Shown piece after piece: positions 40,059 through 51,163 of a stretch of 64,000 nt of DNA. The position numbers and the translations under genes were made by a program. Numbering within the stretch: the first letter of the stretch is position 1; every line of letters begins with the position of its first letter. Source of the DNA: Eledone cirrhosa. Lineage: Eukaryota. Under the pieces are notes generated by a model. That model was not told where the DNA came from. It saw only the letters and a program-made list of their open reading frames with translations, and ran no database searches. The stretch spans positions 394,444,001 through 394,508,000 of the forward strand of contig OZ024740.1 in the NCBI GenBank assembly GCA_964016885.1, given 5' to 3'.

Positions 40059-40291
40059 AGATAGGAACAGTGTAAACAACTACATCGAATTTCTCGTTCG
40101 TTCAGAACTGGTTTAAGTGATCCACGAAGAATAGGTGATTGATGGTTCCTATCCTGCCTACACTCTTCGCAATACAAGAGACAAATGTATGAAGGTAAGG
40201 ACAAACAAAAGGGTACAGACTATCTCATTAAAAGATACATCTCTTCCTCTCTTGATTTTTACTGCTTCCAAGGATTTTTCCCCTGATGCTA
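40037..40291 (-). pseudogene. Decayed R4/Dong-type non-LTR retrotransposon RT-core fragment whose 3' end is the first satellite monomer
   Basis: Minus strand gives SLEAVKIKRG..IF**DSL..LLFVL..LRRV*AG..TINHLFFVD..DVVVYTVPIFSNNICVD across frameshifts. This is colinear with SLGSVKIKRGIFQEDSLSPLLFVL..LRKVRAG..TINHLFFMDD..DVLVDTVRIFSSDICMQ of the element at about 62215-62481. DNA example: accatcaatcacctattcttcgtgga vs accatcaatcacctcttcttcatgga. Confidence 0.92.
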
Positions 40292-40497
40292 TTGTGGGGA
40301 TTTCGTCAGAAATAGATATCTGCAGCAGGGAATGAAAGAAACATTTAAGGTGGGATGCATGCACAGACTGAGAAGTATTCTCAAGTCGAAACTGAATGGA
40401 TGGAATAAGGTGGAAGCTATCAATATATGGGCGTTATCACTCCTTAGATATGAGGCGGGAGTGATCACATGGACAGTGGAAGGGCTAAAGAGCTGCT
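40292..40497 (+). pseudogene. Decayed R4/Dong-type RT thumb-region fragment
   Basis: 40332-40502 translates MKETFKVGCMHRLRSILKSKLNGWNKVEAINIWALSLLRYEAGVITWTVEGLKS, which aligns to MKELLRTEYIRRVRSVLKSHLNSRNAISAVNSRAVSIIRYSAGILRWNVAEQKE of the 62497-63822 ORF. Confidence 0.85.
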
Positions 40498-40583
40498 GTT
40501 GATGTTGTTGTTGTTGTTGTGGTGGTGGTGGTGGTGGTGGTGGTGGTAGTGGTGGTTGTTGTGGTGGTGCTGGTGGTGGTGTT
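40497..40583. repeat. (GTT)n/(GGT)n compound microsatellite
   Basis: Directly visible trinucleotide runs. Confidence 0.95.
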
Positions 40584-41009
40584 ATTGCGTTTTGAGTTTT
40601 GATAATATATTTTGTGGTTCTTACGGTGGTGGTGGTCTTGGTGAAGGCGTTAATTTCGGCAAATCTCATTCATTCACGAAATAAGCCTTCTTTGTTGGTA
40701 ATACTGTCTTCAGCATAGCTGCTGCTGCTGTTGATAGAAAAGTGGCTGTTCTGTTTATCTAACGAATCATTGTTCTCTTTCCGGACGAAATGTTGGCATC
40801 CACCATGTTTGTTTGTTTTTCTTTTAAAAGAAAAACTTTTATTTTTAAAGTTCCGATATTTGAGCCGTAGAAGGCGATATATAGTGACTTATTTTGACAA
40901 TAAACATATTCTACAAATAACAATTCCAAACAACTTAAAAACAACAAACCTTTCCGAGTTCACAATAACAGGTCTTCACAAGCCAGTCACTAATAATAAT
41001 GAGAAGAAT

Positions 41010-41186
41010 GATTTCTAATTTAGGCACTAGGCCAGCAATTTGAAGGGGAGGGGAAAGTCGATTAAATCGACCCAGTACATTACTGGTACTTTATTTTATC
41101 GACCCCGTAAGGATGAAAGATAAAACTAACCTCGGCTGGATTTGAACGCAGAAGCATAGTTTCCGCCACTCTATTGATACTGTCAA
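41010..41186 (-). mobile_element. tRNA-derived SINE (cephalopod-type), internally deleted
   Basis: Minus strand has a B-box-like GCGTTCAAATCC followed by TTTCATCCTTACGGGGTCGATAAAATAAAGTACCAGT, a core shared with many copies in the window. Flanked by (AAT)-rich sequence. Confidence 0.8.
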
Positions 41187-41589
41187 ATAATAATTATAAT
41201 AATAATGATAATAAAAATTACGATGATAATAATATCATGTAAGGAAATGAGGAAATGAAAACTAAATGGAATGGAAATTTTCCTTTTGTTAACAAGTTAA
41301 CTATATCTTATGAAGCATGAGGCATGTATATTAAAAATATCAAATAATTCATAAAACTAAATAAATTTTATTGAAGACAGTACAAATAAGAAATAGAAAA
41401 GAAAAGAATTCGTGGAAAACAGTGGAAGATTTACGAGTAAATATTCGAACTCAACCATAACATATTAATAAATATATTTAACAATATAATACAACAAAAT
41501 AACAAGAAAGAATCTTCAAAATAGATGATGCTTTGGAGTACACCCTCATACAACCCCAGTTTTCCTTGAGACATTAGAGGTGGATGCTT

Positions 41590-41875
41590 TCTCTTAGTTC
41601 TTGTTTCCAGTTAACAGCCAAATAGGCCCATTTAGCCACACCAATTTTGCTATTCTCCCACTTCTTTCATAGCAGTGTCTTCCTCTCTACCTTCACCTGG
41701 TACTTGATGTTAATGAGTGCTTAGACCGAGATTAAAACCTCTGCCCTCAAATATGTCAACCGCTTCCAACAAACAATTTCCTTAGCAATAACCATATAAC
41801 AGGGGAAGATTATCCGTTCTTCCTGTCCAAAGGATGTATCTTCACTATAGATTCGACTGACAGCCATCATCTCAT
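41590..41875 (-). mobile_element. Possible decayed L1/Tx1-type LINE ORF2 C-terminal fragment
   Basis: Minus-strand translation LSVESIVKI..SFGQEERIIFPCYMVIAKEIVCWKRLTYLRAEVLISV*ALINIKYQVKVERK resembles, from recall only, the C-terminus of cephalopod L1/Tx1-like ORF2. Not verified by search. Confidence 0.35.
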
Positions 41876-41997
41876 CAATAATAACGAGGATTGATAATAT
41901 AGGCCCCTGCTGTATCTAGGCCCCTGCTGTATCTAGGGTATATTCAATAATATCAAACTGAGTATTTGACTTAAAGTCAAATTTACTTTCATCCCCT

Positions 41998-42196
41998 TAT
42001 AATAATAATTGCTTCTACTTTTGGCACAAGGCCAGCAATTATCTCAGTGTATTACTGGTACTATATTTTATCGACCCCGTAAGGATTAAAGGCAAAGTTA
42101 ACCTCGGCGGGATTTGAACTCAGATCATAAAGGGCCGTAACTTTGCTGCAAAGCATAGCGTTCGACCCTCTACCGATACTGCCAATCCACCGACCT
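41998..42196 (-). mobile_element. tRNA-derived SINE, near full length
   Basis: Minus strand: head, B-box GAGTTCAAATCCCGCCGAGGTTAACTTTGCCTTTAATCCTTACGGGGTCGATAAAATATAGTACCAGT, then GGCCTTGTGCC and an (ATT)n tail. Confidence 0.85.
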
Positions 42197-42224
42197 AATA
42201 GTAGTTTGCTGATTTAAAAAAAAA

Positions 42225-42410
42225 TTAGATACAAGTCCAGCAGATTTGTGAGAAGGAATAAGTCGACTACATCGATCTTTATATTATAGACTCGGGAAGA
42301 GTGATAGGAAACATTTACAGAGGCGAGAATTGAACTCAGTGCGTGAACTTACCTAAATACCACAAATAAATTGTCCGATCTTTTAACGATTCTGCCGATC
42401 CACAGCCATT
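42225..42410 (-). mobile_element. Older degenerate copy of the same SINE
   Basis: Plus strand AGTCGACTACATCGATC..GAATTGAACTCAG..AACGATTCTGCC matches the neighbouring SINE copies. Confidence 0.65.
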
Positions 42411-42831
42411 ATAATAATAACATTCCCCATTTTATAATGATAATAGTAACAGCAACAAGAAAAGAAGCAACAGCAATAACAAAATTACTTGGAACATTCT
42501 TGCTAAGGAAATGAAGAAGTAAAAACTCAATGGAATGGAAATTTTCATTTTGTTAACAAGTTAACTATATTTTTTGAAGCATGAGGCACGTATATTAAAA
42601 ACAACAAATAATTCATATAACTAAATAAATATTTAAAGAAGAGGTAACATAAATAATTACATGAATAAATAAAACATTAAACTAATTGTGTGATATATAG
42701 TAAAAAAACAGGCAGCAGAAAAAGTGATTGGGATGCGGATAGTTCGTTTTAATAAATTTGTTTGTATAACAACAGTAAAAAATGGCTGTTAAAATAACAA
42801 GGAAAGTCAATTTTATGGTAACACTAAGAGA

Positions 42832-43505
42832 GGATGATGATGATGGTGGAGTTGGTGGTGGTGGTGGAGGTGGTGGTGGTGGTGGTGATGATGGCGGTGG
42901 TGGTGGTAGTGATGATGATGATGATGGTGGTGGTGGTTGTGGTGGTGGTTGTTGTGGTGGTGGTGAGGATGATGATGATGTCGGTGGTGGTGGTGTTGGT
43001 AGTGGTGATGATGATGATAGTAGTGATGGTGGTGGTGGTGGTGACGGTGTTGATCGTGGTGATAGTGGTGATGGTGGTGATGGTGGTGATTGTGGTGAAG
43101 GTGGTGGTAGTGATGGTGGTGATGGTGGTGAAAGTGATGGTGGTGATGGTGGTGATGATGGGGGCGGTGATGGGGGCGGTGGTGATGGTGGTGAGGCTGA
43201 TGGTGGTGATTGATGGTAATGGTTGTGGTGGTGATGATGGTGGTGATGGTGGTGAGGCTGATGGTGGTGATGGTGGTGATGGTGGTGAGGCTGATGGTGG
43301 TGATGATGGTAATGGTTGTGGTGGTGATGATGGTGGTGATGGTGGTGATGATGGTAATGGTTGTGGTGGTGATGATGGTGGTGATGGTGGTGAGGCTGAT
43401 GGTGGTGATGATGGTAATGGTTGTGGTAATGGTGGTGATGGTGGTGATGATGGTGGTGATGGTAATGATTGTGGTAATGGTGGTGATGGTGGTGATGGGG
43501 GCGGT
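42832..43505. repeat. (GGT/GAT)n compound low-complexity tract with internal repeated blocks (GATGGTAATGGTTGTGGT, GGTGAGGCTGAT)
   Basis: Directly visible. It generates the poly-G/D and poly-V/M ORFs. Confidence 0.95.
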
Positions 43506-43769
43506 TACTGGGAATTGTGCTGATTAACGGCCGTTATAAAATTGCCGATGATGACGATGATGATGATAATAATACAGTAATAATAGTTATGGAGAAGAAG
43601 GTGTTGGTGTTGTTGTTAGTGTGGGTGGTGGGTGTATGGTGTTTATATTATGGATGGTATGAGGGTAATTGTTGGTGTTGGGTGATGATGGAACTTCTAT
43701 TATCATCCTGATGAACATGAAGGTGGTGGCGATGGTGTTGGTGATAATGATGATGCTGATGTGGAGATG

Positions 43770-43806
43770 ATAGTAATAATAATAATAATAATAATGATAA
43801 TAATAA

Positions 43807-43859
<53 letters not shown>

Positions 43860-43918
43860 CTAGTGGTTGTAGTAGTAGTAGTAGTAGGACTAGTAGTAGT
43901 AGTAGTAGTAATAGTAGT

Positions 43919-43967
<49 letters not shown>

Positions 43968-43968
43968 A

Positions 43969-44024
<56 letters not shown>

Positions 44025-44025
44025 A
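43770..44025. repeat. (TAA)n-(TAG)n-(CAG)n-(TAG)n compound microsatellite
   Basis: Directly visible. Confidence 0.97.
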
Positions 44026-44171
44026 TTTTGTTTTCTCTGCCCTATTGCACAAAATGTCCATACTTGTTTTCTTTCATATTTTTATCTTTTGTTTAGTTTC
44101 TTCTAAGACTTGCTTCCATTATGAAACATTTCGAAGAATTTCTACATAAAATCACAACCGAATCACGCTAT

Positions 44172-45005
<834 letters not shown>

Positions 45006-45873
45006 CGTGCGTGCGCATGTATGTATGTATGTATGTATGTATGTATGTATGTATGTATGTATGTATGTATGTATGTATGTATGTATGGAAGGATGGAGGG
45101 TGCGAAGGAAAGGTGTATGCATGCATAAGTGACTGTGTGAATATATATATACTATATAAAATTCTAAAGCTGAATTTCTGAAAATCATTTTTTATTTTTA
45201 CATTATGACATAAGATTTTCCATTGTCGAAAATGTTCTAGAAGTTATATTTTTAGATTCTTATATATTTCTTTATTATATGTTATTGTTTAAAAAATTGG
45301 TGGGCCTGTTAAACACATCCAAAATAATTTAATTTAATAGATTTTGTTAATCTTTAGAAGTTGATAATTTTTAAAGATTTTCAAAGCACCTTATATGACA
45401 AATGGAGTGCGCTACCATTGTTGTTGTGTATGATGGCTACTCATTCAAATTATATATATTTATTTATTTTAAGTTTAAAATGAACTTTGAAAAATACAAA
45501 TAAAATATAAATTATTGGATTTGATCTTTACTAAATAACTTTAAAATATTGCTATGGTGATAGAAAGAGAAATCACAGAAAAAGAAAAATATCAAAGAAA
45601 CGTCAACATTTTATAAATGTGAGGCAAAACACATCTCATGTATATGATTTAAAGTCGCCTTCAATTTTGGTGGAACTGGTTCAATGAGTATAAATTATCT
45701 TCTTAATAACGGCAGAGAGATTTTGTTTGTATTTAAATGGATTCTTGGCATCAATTGAATAAATTTTAGAGCTGCTTTAGGGCTAGATAGATTTTTGTCT
45801 TGTTTATATTGAAATAAGAAGTGCAATTTGTTTATATACATATACATAGCAACACACGCACACTCTCACCCCT

Positions 45874-45944
<71 letters not shown>

Positions 45945-45989
45945 GAGAGAGAGACAAAGATAGAGAGAAAAATATATATATATAGTTGT

Positions 45990-46155
45990 TGTAGGGTTGC
46001 AGGTAAATGGGTCCGTAGGCGATATGCCGGTTGAGCACTCGTGGCTCGCGCAGAGCAGAGTATAATATTATAAAGAACGAGAAATCAGTATTGCATAAAA
46101 ACACAATTTATTAACATATTACAAATGTGTCTCCGTCGATCAGCTCGACCCTAGA
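45990..46155 (-). mobile_element. Possible solo-LTR or short terminal-inverted-repeat remnant
   Basis: Begins TGTAGGGTTG and ends CGACCCTAGA (imperfect terminal inverted repeat, TG..CA-like). More GC-rich than its flanks, with AATAAA on the minus strand. No target-site duplication seen. Confidence 0.25.
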
Positions 46156-47254
46156 TAAAAGTTATTCCAATATTTTTGTCAGATATATAACTTGATTAGA
46201 ATTGTCCACATGTGAATTTTCCTGGTTTGATGCTATCTATAGCAATCTATGTTTTTGGCCCTTTAAATTTTGAGTGATCCTTGCCAAAGATATCCTTGTC
46301 TTTCATACTCCAGGAATGTTCAGTACCAGTCAAAAGCTAGGGTTAATTTTATCGACAGTTTTCATTACCTAGAATGTTTGACATTGTGCCATATTAAAAA
46401 TAAATATGGCATCATTTGATGAGAGTAATATATATGGTGGAAATAGTGTTAGCTAAAGGATTAAACACATTAAAGTATTTAGTCACGCCACTTTCGCGTT
46501 CTAAATTTACATTCAATGTTAAGTTTGTTTGTCATCACCGCGGGGCGAATATATCAAGAACTATTGCTATACTGGGAGACTATTCAAACGATTGAACCTT
46601 TTCAACTATACATCCTTAATGTTCGTGTCGATATATAAGAATTAAATATCATTTTTAGGACAAGTAGTAGGTAGAATCGATAGAGCGATAGATAAAATTC
46701 TTTAGCACTTCTTCAATTTAGTGTAGGACCTTTACCTCCATTCTAACTGTTTTATACATATAAAAACGATCTTCTGACTTTTGTTTTAAATATCACAGAT
46801 TCAGAACCTGCCATTTGTTTTACAATTACAGAGCTTTTCTTTTATACATGAATATATTTCGTATTGAAAGAGTTTATGTTTGTTTTAATTATATTTTTAC
46901 CTTGAATAAAATGAAACGGAATTAACAGGAGATTAAATTTTCAGACAATGAAGGTTCTAATGATTTTAAATATAAATCAAACATCTTTATACCTTTCAAA
47001 TATAAACAAAATAGATTTATACACACACAAAAACAACTGCAGTTTTATATCCCCTAAAGCTTGTCATTTTTTTAACGTAGAATACATTTTTGTCGATAAA
47101 ATATAGTGCAGTACTTCAATGACTGATATTCAAGATGCCAAAATCCATATTATAAAATGTTATTACAAAATGTTTAAAAAATGCGTATTATAAAATGTTT
47201 TTAAAATCACATTAAAACAAATAAGAGCTAATCAATTTAGAAATTATGTCACGT

Positions 47255-47395
47255 ATCATTTACGTTCTAATTTCGAATCCGATTCAGATCAACTTTGCAC
47301 GTTTTCTATTGACAGTAATGCAGAGTATTCGCTGGAATTGACGTTCAGTACTCTATCAAACAATTATGGTGTTGTGCTAAATTTGAAAATCAGTA
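47255..47395 (+). mobile_element. Highly degenerate tRNA-SINE fragment
   Basis: TTTACGTTCTAATTTCGAATCCGATTCAGATCAACTTTGC resembles the SINE B-box and core seen at 41998-42196. Confidence 0.5.
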
Positions 47396-48712
47396 CTAAC
47401 ATTTAATGAAATGCCGGATATTAGAAATAAAAGAAAAAATTTCAGATTTCTTTATATTAATTATTTAAGCAGAAGAAAAAAGGCAACAGACATCAACTTT
47501 TAAGAATTTGATGGATGCTGTCGTAGGAAGCTGTGCATCATGACATCAGGTAATACTCAGACGCTTGCAACAGAATGTATTCTGCTAAAGGGGACGAGTT
47601 GCGATTATATTCTGAGATCAAATTATATCTAGAAAGACTTTGACTTTCTAGCTATACAAACACTTCACTGTAAGAAGGGAAATCTTTACTTTTTTTAAAT
47701 GTTATAGTTTAGTCAAAAGGGGGAGGGGAACACGCATGACCCTTAGCAGGATTTTCGAGAATGGAGATTGGAAAAGAGGAAGCTATTCTCTGGCCCGTCT
47801 CCAAGCCTAAATGTTTGCAACAAAGTGGACTCCACTAAAGGCATTGATCAACCATGTGATGTCGTTAAACCAGGTGAAGGGTTAGTCAAGCACTTGAAAA
47901 TTAAATTTGATGACCTATTGATTAAAATGATTTCGTTAGGGGGAGGCTGATAAAGGCATTCGTTGGTTAGGTAGTGTTTGTGGCGCTAAACCGGGTGACG
48001 GATTAGATCTACCGACCAAGAATTAAGTTTTGTGCCGTCAGTTCGAAAGAATCCCTACCACTACTATTGTATTCAACGTTATACACCTTTCATTTATGTA
48101 GATTAAATGAACTGAGTTCCAGATATCTGTTGTATTTGATTCAGTGGGTAGATACACTTGCCTGGTTATTTACCTCCTTCAGCCATTATAGTGAAGTAAT
48201 ATTACAGCTATTCTGGTCGGAGGGGAATTGTAAATACAAAACAATGAAGAAATGTTCTAAGCCTGTTTATTTCGTTCAAATTGAAGCAAATCACGTGATA
48301 AGCCATGGTTGACTTTAGTGGTCTATGTCATTTCGACATTGAACTACAGAGAAAGAGGGAGAAAAAGAGAGGGGAAGGAGAAAGATAGCTTCAGTAGTGC
48401 GTAGCCTGATTCGGTTTTTGTCTTTAATATCTTCTTCTCACGAAAGGTTGTGTCAACAATATTCAATGGTCTCCTATAATAACCACCGCCCTGCATAGTT
48501 TCGTAAATGATTGCAGTCGTTCTAATTTTATCAACCTCATCACGTTAGGATGACAGCTCCAACAACAACAACGACAACAACAACAACGTAGTGAAATATA
48601 AACGCTTTCGAAATATAACAGAAACAACAATATAAGCGAATCGAACAATGTTTAATAGGATCGTAACTTTGAATCCTGATAGCTTCAAATTAACTTTTAT
48701 TATTAGAGCAAC

Positions 48713-48782
48713 ACTCTGAGTTCAAATCCCGCCGAGGTTGGCTTTGCTCTTCATCCTTACAGGGACGATAAAATAAAGTATG
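48713..48782 (+). mobile_element. tRNA-SINE fragment (B-box plus core)
   Basis: CTGAGTTCAAATCCCGCCGAGGTTGGCTTTGCTCTTCATCCTTACAGGGACGATAAAATAAAGTA. Confidence 0.8.
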
Positions 48783-48822
48783 AAATGGAGTCTATTTAAG
48801 CAACGAAGGATAACTGCTTATA

Positions 48823-49268
48823 CGTTGCTTTTGCTGGATTCGATGCTGGCCGTCAGCCTTTCAATATTCATAGCTTGGCTTTCAAAATGTTTATTTATTA
48901 AACATGCCATATATCTTTAGATATACGGAATTCACATATATATATAGAGCTATGTTCAAGCTAAATTTTAATTCTACTTTCAAGTTGAGCCAACTTATAC
49001 AGCTTCATATGCAAATGAGACTAATCAGCCCCCCCCCCCCTACACAGGCAAAAATACTATATATTCTCGCATGTTCCAGAAGAAAGCAGCAGGGAAGCAC
49101 TTTCCCAACGAGAACCATTAAGTTCGAAATACGCATGGGCAGTTATCCCTCGCTGCTTCTACTGAAATTCGCTAGACGGTACTGGTCGTCAGGTTTTCAA
49201 GATTCATAGCTGGGCTTTCAAAATGTTTGTTTATTACACATACCGTATATCATTAGATATACAAAATT

Positions 49269-49281
<13 letters not shown>
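48823..49281 (+). repeat. Diverged direct repeat of about 125 bp (48823-48946 and 49151-49281)
   Basis: CGTCAG..TTTCAA.ATTCATAGCT.GGCTTTCAAAATGTTT.TTTATTA.ACAT.CC.TATATC.TTAGATATAC..AATTCACATATA occurs twice. Confidence 0.85.
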
Positions 49282-49314
<33 letters not shown>

Positions 49315-49318
49315 CATT

Positions 49319-49443
<125 letters not shown>

Positions 49444-49607
49444 AATTAGTATATCTACCAACATATGTATACAGGTGCATACCTATGTTAGCAAATATAT
49501 ATGTTTTGTCTTAGTAACTTTGTGGTTCTATGCAAGGGGATGCAGAACAATTATATGAAAGACGTAAATAAGAAAGTTATGAAAATTGACTTACTTACTA
49601 AAATTTC

Positions 49608-49688
49608 ACTCCAACTAATTAGTTTCTGTAAGGGGATAAATATGGTTACGGAGCGTATCCACAGAGAAGCCTTACGTCATCAGGGAGT
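49608..49688 (-). ncRNA. Type I hammerhead ribozyme motif (copy in left arm)
   Basis: Reverse complement of 50231-50311. Confidence 0.7.
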
Positions 49689-50230
49689 CTATTCTCAGCT
49701 AAGCTTCCAGGCAATGCGAGGACACTGGGAACTTATATAAAAATAATTCAGTGGATGGAAAAAAGCGAGCGGGGACTAGATTCCAAGACATTGAAAAATT
49801 CACTGCCTACTTGGTCAAGTGGCAAATTCAAAAGAATCAATCACATGACACTGAGGTTAATCAGTGAGGAGTGGGAGTGCTATTAAGACAGGGCCTAGCC
49901 ACTACTATTAATCATAGTAGTAATTTCGGCAAGTTCTGCTCAACAAATAATTTGGAGATAATTATAAAGAATTAGTATATCTACCACCATATGTATACAG
50001 ATGCATACCTATGTTAGCAAATATATATGTTTTGTCTTAGTAACTTTCTCCTCACTGATTAACCTCAGTGTCACGTGATTGATTCTTTTGAATTTGCCAC
50101 TTGACCAAGTAGGCAGTGAATTTTTCAATGTCTTGGAATCTAGTCCCCGCTCGCTTTTTTCCATCCACTGAATTATTTTTATATAAGTTCCCAGTGTCCT
50201 CGCATTGCCTGGAAGCTTAGCTGAGAATAG

Positions 50231-50311
50231 ACTCCCTGATGACGTAAGGCTTCTCTGTGGATACGCTCCGTAACCATATTTATCCCCTTACAGAAACTAA
50301 TTAGTTGGAGT
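50231..50311 (+). ncRNA. Type I hammerhead ribozyme motif
   Basis: Stem I ACTCC/GGAGT; core CTGATGA (50236-50242); stem II GTAAGG/CCTTAC with a long structured loop; GAAAC-TAATTA-GTT (palindromic stem III ACTAATTAGT, cleavage triplet GUU). The pair closing stem II is a C.A mismatch. Confidence 0.7.
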
Positions 50312-50361
50312 GAAATTTTAGTAAGTAAGTCAATTTTCATAACTTTCTTATTTACGTCTTT

Positions 50362-50418
<57 letters not shown>

Positions 50419-50473
50419 CATGTTCAACATCAGCTTAACCAATACAAATTCCCCCTTTCTCTCCCACTCACAT

Positions 50474-50509
50474 AATTTGATAATGCATAAAATGCTGAAA
50501 CCGGTAATT
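50474..50509 (+). ncRNA. Degenerate minimal hammerhead motif (Penelope-type)
   Basis: AAT-TTGATAA-TGCATAAAATGCT-GAAAC-CG-GTA-ATT. Stems are present and stem III is palindromic (ACCGGT), but the CTGANGA core carries two substitutions. Confidence 0.45.
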
Positions 50510-50726
50510 GATAATCATTAAATAAATAAATAAATGCTATTGTTAGTTAATAAATAAATTAACTAATACCTTAACACTTCACACAAACTAAAATATTTTG
50601 TTTTAAACATTTTCTAACCCAGAAAAAAAAGAAAAAAAAAATTTTTCTCCCTAATAATCGTTTTTTTCACCCTATTTATATATATATATATTCCAGCTCG
50701 TGTGTTCCTTCTCCACATTTAATTAT

Positions 50727-50781
<55 letters not shown>

Positions 50782-50786
<5 letters not shown>

Positions 50787-50796
50787 CTCACTTCAC

Positions 50797-50870
<74 letters not shown>

Positions 50871-50885
50871 GTGAAGTGAGGTTTT
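50782..50885. repeat. 104-bp palindrome centred on (AT)n
   Basis: AAAACCTCACTTCACTTTCTAAT (50782-50804) and ATTAGAAAGTGAAGTGAGGTTTT (50863-50885) are exact reverse complements around an (AT)n tract. Confidence 0.95.
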
Positions 50886-51006
50886 TAAAAAATGAAAACT
50901 AACCGAGGTGTCCTACACGAGTGAAAGTATAAAGAAAAAAAGATGAAATCGAAAATGCAACTGGAGTCTTATTTTAAAAATATATATATATTTATTTGGT
51001 TGGTTC

Positions 51007-51042
51007 CTTTACCGGTTTCGCAGTTCTTCTGCTTTTCAAAAG
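51007..51042 (-). ncRNA. Degenerate minimal hammerhead motif (Penelope-type)
   Basis: Minus strand CTT-TTGAAAA-GCAG-AAGAA-CTGC-GAAAC-CG-GTA-AAG. All three stems pair, but the core has two substitutions. Confidence 0.5.
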
Positions 51043-51114
51043 TAGAGTTGAGATGGAGGGTCTGTGGTTTTTCTCACATCTGAGAAAAACCACAGGCCCT
51101 CCATCTCAACTCTA

Positions 51115-51117
<3 letters not shown>
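51040..51117. repeat. Near-perfect hairpin, 37-bp arms, 4-nt loop
   Basis: AAGTAGAGTTGAGATGGAGGGTCTGTGGTTTTTCTCA-CATC-TGAGAAAAACCACAGGCCCTCCATCTCAACTCTACTT, with one T.G pair. Confidence 0.95.

Positions 51118-51163
<46 letters not shown>

Larger units (their letters stand above)
41238..42655 (+). repeat. Diverged direct repeat of about 150 bp (41238-41390 and 42501-42655)
   Basis: Shared AAGGAAATGA..AATGGAATGGAAATTTTC.TTTTGTTAACAAGTTAACTATAT..TGAAGCATGAGGCA.GTATATTAAAAA..CAAATAATTCATA.AACTAAATAAAT. Confidence 0.9.

Noticed and set aside
41010-42410. SINEs mobilised by the Dong element because both are associated with AAT repeats
   Set aside because: SINE sense strands end in (ATT)n whereas Dong ends in (TAA)n, which is the opposite strand, and no shared 3' tail sequence was seen.
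42782-44096. Gly/Asp-, Val/Met- and Leu-rich ORFs
   Set aside because: They arise from stop-free trinucleotide repeats and are open in overlapping frames, with no splice or domain evidence.
46440-46464. piggyBac-like MITE end (GCTAAAGGATTAA)
   Set aside because: No matching left terminal repeat found, and too short to support.
47470-47555. Possible host exon (AG..CAG|GTAATA)
   Set aside because: Stops in all three frames and no recognisable protein similarity. Would need RNA-seq.
49501-50442. Duplicated 79-aa and 87-aa ORFs sharing KDVNKKVMK..GHWELI
   Set aside because: The identity is a by-product of the inverted repeat. The ORFs are antisense to the hammerheads and have no recognisable domain.
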